Assembly: GCA_039028615.1 (NCBI GenBank)
Contig: JBCCHT010000037.1
Span: 62,152-126,151, forward strand
From: Myxococcota bacterium
GTDB taxonomy: Bacteria > Myxococcota_A > Polyangia > Nannocystales > Nannocystaceae
Length of the DNA stretch: 64,000 bases
Direction: 5' to 3'
Numbering within the stretch: position 1 is the stretch's first letter; every line of letters starts with the position of its first letter. The notes beneath the pieces were generated by a model. That model was not told the DNA's origin. It ran no database searches and saw only the letters and a list, made by a program, of their open reading frames with translations. Positions 1-8,859 of the stretch are shown here, piece after piece. A program made the translations under genes and the position numbers.

Positions 1-509
1 GGGGCCGCGTCGTCGGCCGGAGCCGTCTCGCTGCCTGCGGGGGCAGCGCCCTCGGCCGGGGCGGGAGCCTCGGCGTCGGTCTCCTCGGCGGGCTTCACCT
101 CGATGCTCGGGGTGAGGGCCGGGGCCGGGGCAGCCGCCTCGACGTCCTTGGCCTTGGTTCCAGCCTCGGGGAGATTGAGCGGCGTGCCTTCACCGATGCG
201 CTCGTAGTCGATCTCCTCGTCCTCGCCGAAGACCTCTTTTTTGGTGTCGTCGCTCGCGTCCTTCAGCCGGTCGGACCCGGTGTGGGCCGAGGCGTAGGCG
301 AGGTACACCGCGCACAACATGAAGGCCGCGGCGAGGCCCTGGGTGAGCTTGGCCAAAAAGTCGGCTCCACCACCGCCGCCGAACACGCCCTGGCTGGCGC
401 CGCCGCCCAGGGCGGTCCCGAGGCCACCGCCCTTGCCGGCCTGGAGGAGGACCACCAGGATCAGGACGAAGGTGACGAAGACGTAGACGATCTCGATAAA
501 GAGGTCCAT
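1..509 (-). CDS. secG: Preprotein translocase subunit SecG with long acidic/Pro-Ala C-terminal tail (runs off window edge)
   Basis: Manual translation from ATG at 509: MDLFIEIVYVFVTFVLILVVLLQAGKGGGLG...GVFGGGGGADFLAKLT (VLLQxGKG and FGxxG..L.KLT motifs). Lies directly after tpiA. Not in the ORF track. Confidence 0.93.
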   Translation of the reverse strand, partial: MDLFIEIVYVFVTFVLILVVLLQAGKGGGLGTALGGGASQGVFGGGGGADFLAKLTQGLAAAFMLCAVYLAYASAHTGSDRLKDASDDTKKEVFGEDEEIDYERIGEGTPLNLPEAGTKAKDVEAAAPAPALTPSIEVKPAEETDAEAPAPAEGAAPAGSETAPADDAA

Positions 510-515
510 GACGGC

Positions 516-1319
516 TCAGCTGGGTCGGGGAGTGGTCGCGCCCGCGCGGACGATGGCGAGGAACGAGGTGGGGTCCAACGATGCACCACCCACCAGGTAC
601 CCGTCGAGGTCTCCGGCGGCGATGAGGTCCGCTGCGTTACCGGGCTTGACGCTACCACCGTAGAGGATGGATCTGTCGGCGCCCGCCGAACCGTAGCGCT
701 CCTTCATCCATCCGCGGATGGTGCGGTGCATCTCGGCCGCCTGCTCGGGGCTCGCGGTGCGGCCGGTACCGATGGCCCAGACCGGCTCGTAGGCGATGAC
801 CAAACGCTCGTTCACCTGCTCGGGCGTCACTTTAGCGAGTGAGCCCGAAAGCTGCGAAATCACAGTGGCTTCGTGAGTGCCGGTGTCGCGGGCCTCGAGC
901 TTCTCGCCGACGCACAGGACACAGACCAGACCGCCGGCCAGCGCGGCCGCGACCTTGTCGGCGACCACCTCGTCGGTCTCACCGTAGTAGGCCCGTCGCT
1001 CGGAGTGCCCCACGACTGCGCCTTCCACGCCCGCGTCTTGGAGCATGAGCGGGCCAACTTCGCCGGTAAACGCGCCCTGATCTTGTGCGCTCACGTCCTG
1101 GGCGAGCAGCCACGTCCCGTGGTCCGGGCGGGTGAAGGGGCGGGCCGAGGCGATCGAGAGATAGGGCGGCGCGATTCCCACGCGAACGTCACCCGCGCTC
1201 GGATCGAGCGTGCTCAGCGCATCCGGCAGGCCTTCGGCGAGGCCTTTGGCACAGGCCTCGGCCTCGGCGGGCCGATGGTTCTGCTTCCAGTTTCCAAGGA
1301 TCCAGGTGGTACGGGCCAT
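516..1319 (-). CDS. tpiA: Triosephosphate isomerase
   Basis: GNWK, GHSERR, AYEPVWAIGTG, YGGSVK, LVGGASL motifs. Confidence 0.98.
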   Translation of the reverse strand: MARTTWILGNWKQNHRPAEAEACAKGLAEGLPDALSTLDPSAGDVRVGIAPPYLSIASARPFTRPDHGTWLLAQDVSAQDQGAFTGEVGPLMLQDAGVEGAVVGHSERRAYYGETDEVVADKVAAALAGGLVCVLCVGEKLEARDTGTHEATVISQLSGSLAKVTPEQVNERLVIAYEPVWAIGTGRTASPEQAAEMHRTIRGWMKERYGSAGADRSILYGGSVKPGNAADLIAAGDLDGYLVGGASLDPTSFLAIVRAGATTPRPS

Positions 1320-1325
1320 GGTGGA

Positions 1326-2540
1326 TCAGTCTTCCTTCTTCTGAAGAGCGGCGACGCCGGGGAGGGTCTTGCCCTCCAAGAATTCGAGGGACGCGCCCCC
1401 GCCGGTCGACACGTGGTCGATCTTGTCGGCGAGGCCCGACTGCTGGACCGCGGCCACGCTGTCGCCGCCACCGACGACGCAGAAGCCGGGGCTGGCCGCG
1501 ACCGCCTTGGCGACCTCCAGCGTGCCTTGCGCGAATGCCGGGTTCTCGAACAGCCCCATCGGTCCGTTCCAGACGAGCATCTTGGCGTTGGCGATGACGC
1601 TGGCGCAGCGGGCTGCGGTGGTCGGTCCCACGTCGAGGGCCATCTCGTTGTGGGCCAGGGGCCCGTCGGCGACCTGGTGCACGCGGGCCTCGGTGGTATC
1701 GAGGCCGGTGCCGACGCGCAGGTCGGTGGGCAGCACCACGTGGATGTCTCGAGCCGCGGCCTTGGTGATGACCGTCTGGGCATCCTTGACGCGGTCCGTC
1801 TCCATCAGCGATGCGCCGAGATCACGGTCCTGCGCGAGCAGGAAGGTGTTGGCCATGGCCCCGCCGATGATGACCGTGTCGTCGGCCTTGAGCCGCTCGA
1901 CCAGCGACATCAGCACGCCGAGCTTGTCGGAGACCTTGGCCCCGCCCACGATGGCGACGAAGGGGCGCTCGGGCTGCAGCAGAAGCCGCGACAGCGCGTT
2001 CAATTCGGCCTCGAGCAGGCGTCCGGCCGCTCGCTCGCCGACGAGCGAAGGCACCCCGACCACCGAGGCGTGGGCGCGGTGACAGGCCCCGAACGCATCG
2101 CAGACGTACGCGTCGCACAGGGCGGCCAGCGCCTGCGACAGCTTGGGATCATTTTTTGTCTCGCCCGGCTGGAAGCGTAGGTTCTCCAGCAGGACCACCT
2201 CGCCCGCACGCGAGTCGGCCACCAATTTGGTCACGCCGTCGCCGACGACTTCGTCGGCCAGCTTGACGTCGGTGTCGAGCAGCTCGGCCAGGCGGGCCCC
2301 CACGGGCTCGAGCGACAGCTCCGGCTTGACCGCGCCCTTGGGGCGACCGAGGTGCGAGCAGACCACCAACTTGGCCCCGCGCTTGCGAAGCTCGCGAAGG
2401 GTGGGCAGCGCCGCGCGGATCCGGGTGTCGTCCCGGACGGTGCGGTCCTTGGTCAACGGAACGTTGAAGTCGACGCGCACCAGCACGCGGCGGTTGTCGA
2501 CGTCGAGGTCGTCCAGGGTGGCAAAGGAACGCGCGGCCAT
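1326..2540 (-). CDS. pgk: Phosphoglycerate kinase
   Basis: RVDFNVP, SHLGRP, LLENLRF, GGAKVSDK, WNGPMGLFE, STGGGASLE. Confidence 0.98.
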   Translation of the reverse strand: MAARSFATLDDLDVDNRRVLVRVDFNVPLTKDRTVRDDTRIRAALPTLRELRKRGAKLVVCSHLGRPKGAVKPELSLEPVGARLAELLDTDVKLADEVVGDGVTKLVADSRAGEVVLLENLRFQPGETKNDPKLSQALAALCDAYVCDAFGACHRAHASVVGVPSLVGERAAGRLLEAELNALSRLLLQPERPFVAIVGGAKVSDKLGVLMSLVERLKADDTVIIGGAMANTFLLAQDRDLGASLMETDRVKDAQTVITKAAARDIHVVLPTDLRVGTGLDTTEARVHQVADGPLAHNEMALDVGPTTAARCASVIANAKMLVWNGPMGLFENPAFAQGTLEVAKAVAASPGFCVVGGGDSVAAVQQSGLADKIDHVSTGGGASLEFLEGKTLPGVAALQKKED

Positions 2541-2753
2541 GTCGGCGCTTCTTTACCCATCGTCTCGGTCGCCGTCCACCGCCAATAGCGACCGAATTGA
2601 AAAGAATTTGGCGGAAAACAATGAGCCCGGTGGACCCACCGGGTTGTTGCGGCCGGGCCTTCGCAACGGGGGCGGCGCCACAACGCAACGAGCCCCGCGG
2701 CTGCACGCCGGCGGGGCTCGACTTGGGCGGGATGCCCAGGGTCTACGCGGATT

Positions 2754-2939
2754 TCACTCCGCGACGAGGCGCTTTTCCAGGTCCTCGTTCACGAGGTGGA
2801 TCAGCTGCGTCGACAGACCGATGATTTGGTTCTTCGTGTATCCCTGCTGCTGCATCTCTCGAAAGAGGGACTGGGCGAGGATGTTGACGCCCTTGTTGTC
2901 ACTGGTGAGCTCGGAGGGAGGAGTGCGGACTGCCTGCAT
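2754..2939 (-). CDS. Small helical hypothetical protein (~61 aa)
   Basis: MQAVRTPP...ILAQSLFREMQQQGYTKNQIIGLSTQLIHLV is protein-like and amphipathic; a GC hairpin follows at ~2690-2719. Confidence 0.7.
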   Translation of the reverse strand: MQAVRTPPSELTSDNKGVNILAQSLFREMQQQGYTKNQIIGLSTQLIHLVNEDLEKRLVAE

Positions 2940-3238
2940 AAGGTTCGTCTCCTGCGCCCGACTGTGTGCAATGGGCGGGCCGAAAAGCGGGCCTTCGGGC
3001 CGCATTTATGGTTTGTGAAATGAAACCGGGTAGTTGTTCGAGTTCTCGATCGCGTGCAAAAACGCCCGGGGCGCAGGTTTTTACCCAACTGTCGCGCAAT
3101 CGGCTGCACGAGTGGCCACCTGTGGGACGGAGGCTGTGCACCAGGATGCGCTGGTGAACTCACAATTCTTACAAGAACCCACACGCGGCGATCGGCCTTT
3201 GCCGAGGCCTTGGCCCGTCGGTAAACTTCGCGCCGCCG

Positions 3239-3778
3239 TTGTCGACGCGCCCCTGCACGACCGTCCTCCCCCTCGTGCTCGTGTTCCTTGCGGGATGCGC
3301 AGGCTGGCGGGGTGACACCTACTACGCCCACCGAACTCCGGCTTCGCGGGCGCGGAAAGAGGCGACCTATCGCGTGGGGCTGCCCGGGCCGGGCTGGTCC
3401 GAGATGCGGGGCGACAAGGACATCCAGGTGGCGTGGATCAATCGCAAGCTCGGCGCGATCATTCACGTGCGCGCGCAATGCGACGGGCAGGGCGATAGCT
3501 CGCTCGACCAGTACACCGACCACCTGCGCATCGACTGGACCGACTGGGAGGTCGAGTCGCAAGAGCCCAAGCGGATGCTCGGTCGCGACGCGCTGCACAC
3601 GGTCGTGCGCGCCGAGCTCGACGGAGTGCCGCGGCGCAACGAGTACTGGGTCCTCAAGAAGAACGGCTGCTTGTTCGACCTGCAGTACTCGGCCGCGCCC
3701 GCGGACTTCGAGTCGGGTCGCGCCGCGTTCGCCTCGGTCGTCGAGGGCTTCGCGTTTCCCGTCGAGGCCGGTCGGTGA
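3239..3778 (+). CDS. Hypothetical lipoprotein (possibly PsbP/DcrB-like), first gene of the mla operon
   Basis: Lipobox LAGC; stop overlaps the mlaE GTG start. Confidence 0.75.
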   Translation: MSTRPCTTVLPLVLVFLAGCAGWRGDTYYAHRTPASRARKEATYRVGLPGPGWSEMRGDKDIQVAWINRKLGAIIHVRAQCDGQGDSSLDQYTDHLRIDWTDWEVESQEPKRMLGRDALHTVVRAELDGVPRRNEYWVLKKNGCLFDLQYSAAPADFESGRAAFASVVEGFAFPVEAGR

Positions 3779-4542
3779 ACGGGATCCAGCGGCTCGGGGC
3801 CATCACCCTGTCCGGGCTCGAGTGGCTCGGGGGGCTGGCCCGCATGGTCTTTCGCGTGCTGCGGGTGGGTCCGCGGCGGCCCTTCGCGCTCGACGACATC
3901 GCCCATCAGACGGTCGAGCTCGGGGTGCGAAGCCTGCCCATCGCGCTGCTCATCACCTTGTTCATCGGCATGATCCTCACCTGGCAGTTCGGGTGGGGTC
4001 TCATCGACTTCGGCGCCACCATGGCCTTGGGCAACGTGGTGTCGCTCGGCCTGGTGCCCGAGCTGGTGCCCACCATCATCGCGATCACGGTGGGGGTGAA
4101 GATGGCCGCGGGCATGACCGCCGAGCTCGGCTCGATGAAGGTCACCGAGCAGATCGACGCCGTCGCGGCGCTCGGGGCCGACCCCATCAAGAAGCTGGTG
4201 TGGCCGCGAATCTGCGCGTCGACGCTGACCCTCCCGTTGCTGGTGGGCCTGGGCAACGTCATCGCCTTGCTCGGGGGGATGATCGTGGCCGAGTGGATCT
4301 ACGGCGTCCCCGCTGGCTACTTCTACGAGACCTATATCGACGAGCTCGAGCCGCTCAACTACCTGGCCGCGGTGGTCAAGGGCGTGCTCTTCGGCGCGAT
4401 CGTGGGGACCATCGGCTGCTACCAGGGCTTCAACACCAAGTTCGGTACCGAGGCGGTCGGCGCGGCCACCACCGACACCGTGGCCGCGACCGCGATCATC
4501 ATCGTGATCGCCGACTTCTATCTCAACATGCTGTTCTTCTAG
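3775..4542 (+). CDS. mlaE: MlaE-family ABC transporter permease
   Basis: GVRSLPI, ELVP, AELGSMKVTEQIDA..ALGADP, VGAATT..V motifs. Confidence 0.93.
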   Translation: MNGIQRLGAITLSGLEWLGGLARMVFRVLRVGPRRPFALDDIAHQTVELGVRSLPIALLITLFIGMILTWQFGWGLIDFGATMALGNVVSLGLVPELVPTIIAITVGVKMAAGMTAELGSMKVTEQIDAVAALGADPIKKLVWPRICASTLTLPLLVGLGNVIALLGGMIVAEWIYGVPAGYFYETYIDELEPLNYLAAVVKGVLFGAIVGTIGCYQGFNTKFGTEAVGAATTDTVAATAIIIVIADFYLNMLFF

Positions 4543-4572
4543 CGCGCGCGAAGAACCCCGGCTGCCAGGCCC

Positions 4573-5397
4573 GTGAGTACCGAGCCCCTCATCGATTTTC
4601 GTGGCGTGACCAAGCGCTTCGGCGAGCACACGGTCTACGAGAACATGGACCTGCAGGTCTTCCCCGGGGAGACCCTGACCGTCATCGGGGCCAGCGGCGG
4701 CGGTAAGAGCGTGTGCCTCAAGATGATGATCGGCCTGCTCTTCCCCGATGCGGGGCAGGTGCTCTATCGCGGGCAATCGGTGCCCGATCTCGACGCCAAG
4801 GGCCTGAGCCTGGTGCGACGCAAGGTCGCCTACGTGTTCCAGGGCGGGGCGCTGTTTGACTCCATGAGCGTCGCCGAGAACATCGGCTACGCGCTGCGCG
4901 AGCACACCTCGCAGTCCGAGGAGCAAATCAACAAACGCGCCCTGGAGTGCCTGGAGATGGTCGGTTTGTCGCGTGCGGTGGCCAACCAGATCCCCGCCAG
5001 CCTCAGCGGCGGCATGAAAAAGCGCGTGGCCCTCGCTCGCTCGATCGCGATCGAGCCCGAGGTTATCCTCTACGACGAGCCGACCACCGGGCTCGACCCC
5101 AAGAACATCACCCGCATCGGCGACATGATCCTCAAGCTACAAAAAGAGCTGGGCGTCACCTCCGTCGTCGTGACCCACGACATGCCCACCGCCCACAAGG
5201 TCTCCGACCGCATCGCGATGCTCTACGAGTGCGCCTTCCCGTTCGTGGGCCCCGTGGAGAAGATGTGGAACAGCGCTCGGGCCGAGGTCCGCGATTTCAT
5301 CCACGGGCGAATCCGGCGTTCGCGGGCCAGCGGCAGCTTCGCGGGCGGCAGCATGCTGGGGCTCATCCCCGAAGGAACCACCGATGGCGTCTCGTAG
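4573..5397 (+). CDS. mlaF: MlaF-family ABC transporter ATP-binding protein
   Basis: Walker A GASGGGKS, FQGGALFDS, LSGGMKKRVALAR, YDEPTTGLDP, VTHD. Confidence 0.93.
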   Translation: MSTEPLIDFRGVTKRFGEHTVYENMDLQVFPGETLTVIGASGGGKSVCLKMMIGLLFPDAGQVLYRGQSVPDLDAKGLSLVRRKVAYVFQGGALFDSMSVAENIGYALREHTSQSEEQINKRALECLEMVGLSRAVANQIPASLSGGMKKRVALARSIAIEPEVILYDEPTTGLDPKNITRIGDMILKLQKELGVTSVVVTHDMPTAHKVSDRIAMLYECAFPFVGPVEKMWNSARAEVRDFIHGRIRRSRASGSFAGGSMLGLIPEGTTDGVS

Positions 5398-6841
5398 GTC
5401 CGAAAACCGCACCCGGCTCATGGCCGGCTTGCTGGTGGTGGTGGGCAGCGCCGTGCTGTTCGTCTCGCTGTTCATCATCGGGCAGAGCGAGGGCACCTGG
5501 GAGAGCAAGACGGTCATCAAGACCGACTTCCGCACCATCACCGGGCTGCGCAAGGGCTCGCCCGTGCAGCTGGCCGGCGTCGAGGTGGGCACGGTCAGCT
5601 CCATCGACTTCGTCAACGTCGAGTACGAGTGCGAGGCCGCCACCGAGGACATCGGCCGCTACGGCGAGGGCCGCACCGACAACTGCGATGCCTTCCTGTT
5701 CTGCAGCCCGCAGGGCCTGTGCGCCGACCTCGAGCCCTACGCCTCCAAGGGGCAGCACGCGCCCTGCATCGCCGACAACGACTGCACTCCCGACGAGGTC
5801 TGCGTCACCTCCGACTTCCGCCGTCGCGCCCGCCGCGTGTCGTGGGCCGGGCCCGAGGGGGTCTGTGCTCGCTACGCCATCACCCATCGCCGGGTGCAGG
5901 TGGCGATGACCATCTTCGAGGACAAGCTCGAGCTGGTGCGCAGCGACTCGCGGGCCACCGTGGCCAGCAACGGCGTGCTCGGTGACCAGCTCGTCAACAT
6001 CACGCCCGGCATGCGCGAGCCGCTGTCCGACGAGCGTCGCATCCAGTCCAGCCCCTCCCTGTACGAGGACATCCAGCTGTTCCGCGACCGCTTCGACGGC
6101 CTCACCGAGAAGGTCGACACCAGCCTCTCGGGCATCTCCAGCCTGTTTTCGCAGCTCAACGACGAGCGCACCATCAACTCGGTCAAGGGCACCCTCGAGA
6201 ACGTCGAGGAGATCACCCGGCAGATGGCCGCGGGCGAGGGCCTCGTCGGCGCGCTGCTCAACGACGACGAGTACAAAGAAGAGTTCGGCATCACCCTGCG
6301 GAGCGTTCGCAACACCGCGGTGGGCATCGACAACTTCGTCACCCGGGCCAACCAGTCCCTGGCCAAGATCGACGACTCGCTCAAGCCCATGGTCGACGAT
6401 GCTCGGCACACCATGGCCGATCTGCGGCAGCTGCTGGCCGACCTCAAGGACCCGAAGAACAAGAGTCTCGCCGCCAAGCTGCTCTACGACGACGACGGCA
6501 CGATGATCGCGGAGCTCGAGAAGATCCTCGGCGATCTCGAGAAGTTCTCGACGTCTGCGGCCAGCATCGCCAAGAAGGTCGACGACGGCGAGGGCACGAT
6601 GGGCAAGCTCGTCAACGACTCCAAGGCGCACGACGACTTGGTCAAGATCCTTCGCAACATCGAGCGCAACGAGACCTTCAAGCGACTCGTACGGCGGGTG
6701 ATCGAAGACGAGGAAGCGGCCGGTCGCGCGCCGGGGGCCGAGGCCTCCGATCCGAAGCCGGAGCCGGCTCCCGTGCCCAAGAAGGGCCCGGTGGCCGAGG
6801 CTCCTGATGCGGCCGTGGACGATCCGCCGCCCGCTCCGTAG
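5384..6841 (+). CDS. mlaD: MlaD/MCE-domain protein with Cys-rich insertion and long helical C-terminus
   Basis: N-terminal TM, GLRKGSPVQLAGVEVGTVSSI and GVLGDQLVNITPG (MCE motifs), GEGxxGxLxND repeats. Confidence 0.88.
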   Translation: MASRRSENRTRLMAGLLVVVGSAVLFVSLFIIGQSEGTWESKTVIKTDFRTITGLRKGSPVQLAGVEVGTVSSIDFVNVEYECEAATEDIGRYGEGRTDNCDAFLFCSPQGLCADLEPYASKGQHAPCIADNDCTPDEVCVTSDFRRRARRVSWAGPEGVCARYAITHRRVQVAMTIFEDKLELVRSDSRATVASNGVLGDQLVNITPGMREPLSDERRIQSSPSLYEDIQLFRDRFDGLTEKVDTSLSGISSLFSQLNDERTINSVKGTLENVEEITRQMAAGEGLVGALLNDDEYKEEFGITLRSVRNTAVGIDNFVTRANQSLAKIDDSLKPMVDDARHTMADLRQLLADLKDPKNKSLAAKLLYDDDGTMIAELEKILGDLEKFSTSAASIAKKVDDGEGTMGKLVNDSKAHDDLVKILRNIERNETFKRLVRRVIEDEEAAGRAPGAEASDPKPEPAPVPKKGPVAEAPDAAVDDPPPAP

Positions 6842-7098
6842 GAATGAGAGCAGGGCAGGGGACCCGTCGCTCGTTCGACGGGTCGGGTTTTCCTGGAAGG
6901 TCGGGCCCGTGCCCGATTGCGTGCACGCTGCGCTTCGTGCCGATGGTGGGAGCGTGAGCGGACTCCGCCTTCCCGGCGCAGCACCGTTCGAAACAACGAT
7001 TCTTCGTACGAAACACGGTCAACAATCCGCGCGGCCGCGATACATCCCGAGGCTCGGCGACGTCGTGGTTGGCAATCGGCCGTCTACGCGCTCGCCCT

Positions 7099-7144
7099 TT
7101 GACAAAGACGGGTGTGTCGGCCACCTTACTTACCGTTCGGTAAG
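7099..7144 (+). promoter_or_regulatory. Sigma70-like promoter (TTGACA 7099-7104) plus perfect palindrome CTTACCG-TT-CGGTAAG (7129-7144), probable TetR operator
   Basis: Inverted repeat read directly from sequence; it ends immediately before the tetR ATG at 7145. Confidence 0.7.
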
Positions 7145-7750
7145 ATGCCGGCTTTCGCGCAAAACATTGATTCGTCCCCCGTGGACAGCGATTTGGCCCA
7201 GCGCATATTGCGTGAGGCCATGATCCTGTTTGGGGTCCACGGGTATGCGGGCACGTCCGTGCGGCAGGTCGTCCAAGCGGCGGGCTGCACCAAGCCGGCG
7301 CTCTACTACTACTTCACCAACAAGGAACAGCTGTTCCTCCGCACCGTCGATGCGGCGCTGGCCGAGCTCAACGTGCTCGAGCAGGTCGTCGAAATCGAGG
7401 GTCCGGTGATCCAGCGCATCGTCGCGGGCCTGCAGGCGTTGCAGACCCACGTCGAGTCCGACCCGCACGTGCTGCGGCTTCTGTTCCGCGCCGAGATGCA
7501 CCAGCAAAAGGGGCAGCCGGAGGTCGACTTCCGCTCCTTCCGCGCCCAAGACCTGGCCCGCGTTCGCCGATTGCTCACCGAAGGGGTGCAGCGCGGTGAG
7601 CTTCGCGAGGACCTCAACGTGCACGACGCTTCCATTGCCCTCGTGGGGACGACCCACATGTACCTCCAGCTGTGGCTGGACGGCACCCCGCTCCCCGATG
7701 ACTTTGCCGAGCGCATGACGACGCTCTTTCTCCACGGTTTGAGCCGATGA
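7145..7750 (+). CDS. TetR/AcrR-family transcriptional regulator
   Basis: HTH: LFGVHGYAGTSVRQVVQAAGCTKPALYYYFTNKEQLF. Confidence 0.93.
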   Translation: MPAFAQNIDSSPVDSDLAQRILREAMILFGVHGYAGTSVRQVVQAAGCTKPALYYYFTNKEQLFLRTVDAALAELNVLEQVVEIEGPVIQRIVAGLQALQTHVESDPHVLRLLFRAEMHQQKGQPEVDFRSFRAQDLARVRRLLTEGVQRGELREDLNVHDASIALVGTTHMYLQLWLDGTPLPDDFAERMTTLFLHGLSR

Positions 7751-8859
7751 AACTGTCCACCATCCTCTCGCTCACCATGGCCTCCAGTCTGCTGCTTTCG
7801 GCGTGCACCGAAGCGCAGGGCCAAAACGACGCGGCTGCGGCCGAACCCGCCGAGGAGGCGCAGGCCAAGCCGCCCGAAGCCCACGCGGTGTGGGTCGAGA
7901 TCGCGGCCATCCAAGACTCGGATGCCGCCCTCAACCTGTCGCTGCCCGGCGAGGTTCGGGGCTTCCGCGAGGCCTCGCTCGCGGCCTCTCAGGGCGGCCT
8001 CATCGAGCGTGTCGGCCCCGAGGTGGGCGACATGGTGAAGAAGGGCGAGCGCGTCCTCAAGGTCGACACGGCGCTGTACAAGGCCCGCCAGGGGCAAGCG
8101 GGCGCCGAGCTGCGGGCGGCCAAGCGCGAGCTGGCGCGGGTTCGCAAGATCGAGTCGGTCATCGCCGGGGCCGAGCTCGACCAGGCGCAGGCTCGGGTCG
8201 ACACCGCCAAGGCCACCCACCGCGTGGCCGAGATTCAGTCCCAGCGAGCGGTCATCAGCGCGCCCTTCGACGGGGTGGTGGCCATGCGCAACGCCGAGAA
8301 AGGGGAGGTCGCTTCACCCGGCGTGCCTCTGCTTCGCATCGTGCAGCTCGACCCGATCCTCGTGGCGGTCTCCGTCTCCGATCGCGACGTCATCAACCTG
8401 AAGCCGGGCAACTCGGTGCAGGTGCACGTCGACGCGAGCGCGCAGCCCATCTCCGGCAGCATCCTGCGGATCAACCCGGTGGCCGACCCCGAGACGCGCG
8501 CCTTCGAGGTCGAGATCGAGGTGCCCAACGCCGACAAGCGGCTGCTGCCCGGCATGATCACCCGGATCTCGGTCCACCAAGAGGTGGCCACCGAGTCGCT
8601 CATCATTCCGCAGAGCTTCCTCGTCACCAAGCGGGCCGACAACGGCGTGTTCGTGGTCGAGGACGGGGTGGCCCGCTGGCGCTCGCTGACGCTCGGCGCG
8701 GTGGTGCACGACCAGGTGGTGGTCACCGAGGGCCTGTCGCGCGGCGACAACGTGGTCGTCGTGGGCCAGCGGGCGCTCGCCGATGGTGACCGCGTCATCA
8801 TCTCGCGCGAGGGCAAGTGCTGCGAAGACGGCCGACCCGTCTTCGAAGGAGCGCAGTGA
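7747..8859 (+). CDS. RND efflux membrane fusion protein (lipoprotein)
   Basis: Lipobox LSAC, GDMVKKG, ISAPFDGVV, INPVADPETRAF, LLPGM. Confidence 0.93.
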   Translation: MKLSTILSLTMASSLLLSACTEAQGQNDAAAAEPAEEAQAKPPEAHAVWVEIAAIQDSDAALNLSLPGEVRGFREASLAASQGGLIERVGPEVGDMVKKGERVLKVDTALYKARQGQAGAELRAAKRELARVRKIESVIAGAELDQAQARVDTAKATHRVAEIQSQRAVISAPFDGVVAMRNAEKGEVASPGVPLLRIVQLDPILVAVSVSDRDVINLKPGNSVQVHVDASAQPISGSILRINPVADPETRAFEVEIEVPNADKRLLPGMITRISVHQEVATESLIIPQSFLVTKRADNGVFVVEDGVARWRSLTLGAVVHDQVVVTEGLSRGDNVVVVGQRALADGDRVIISREGKCCEDGRPVFEGAQ

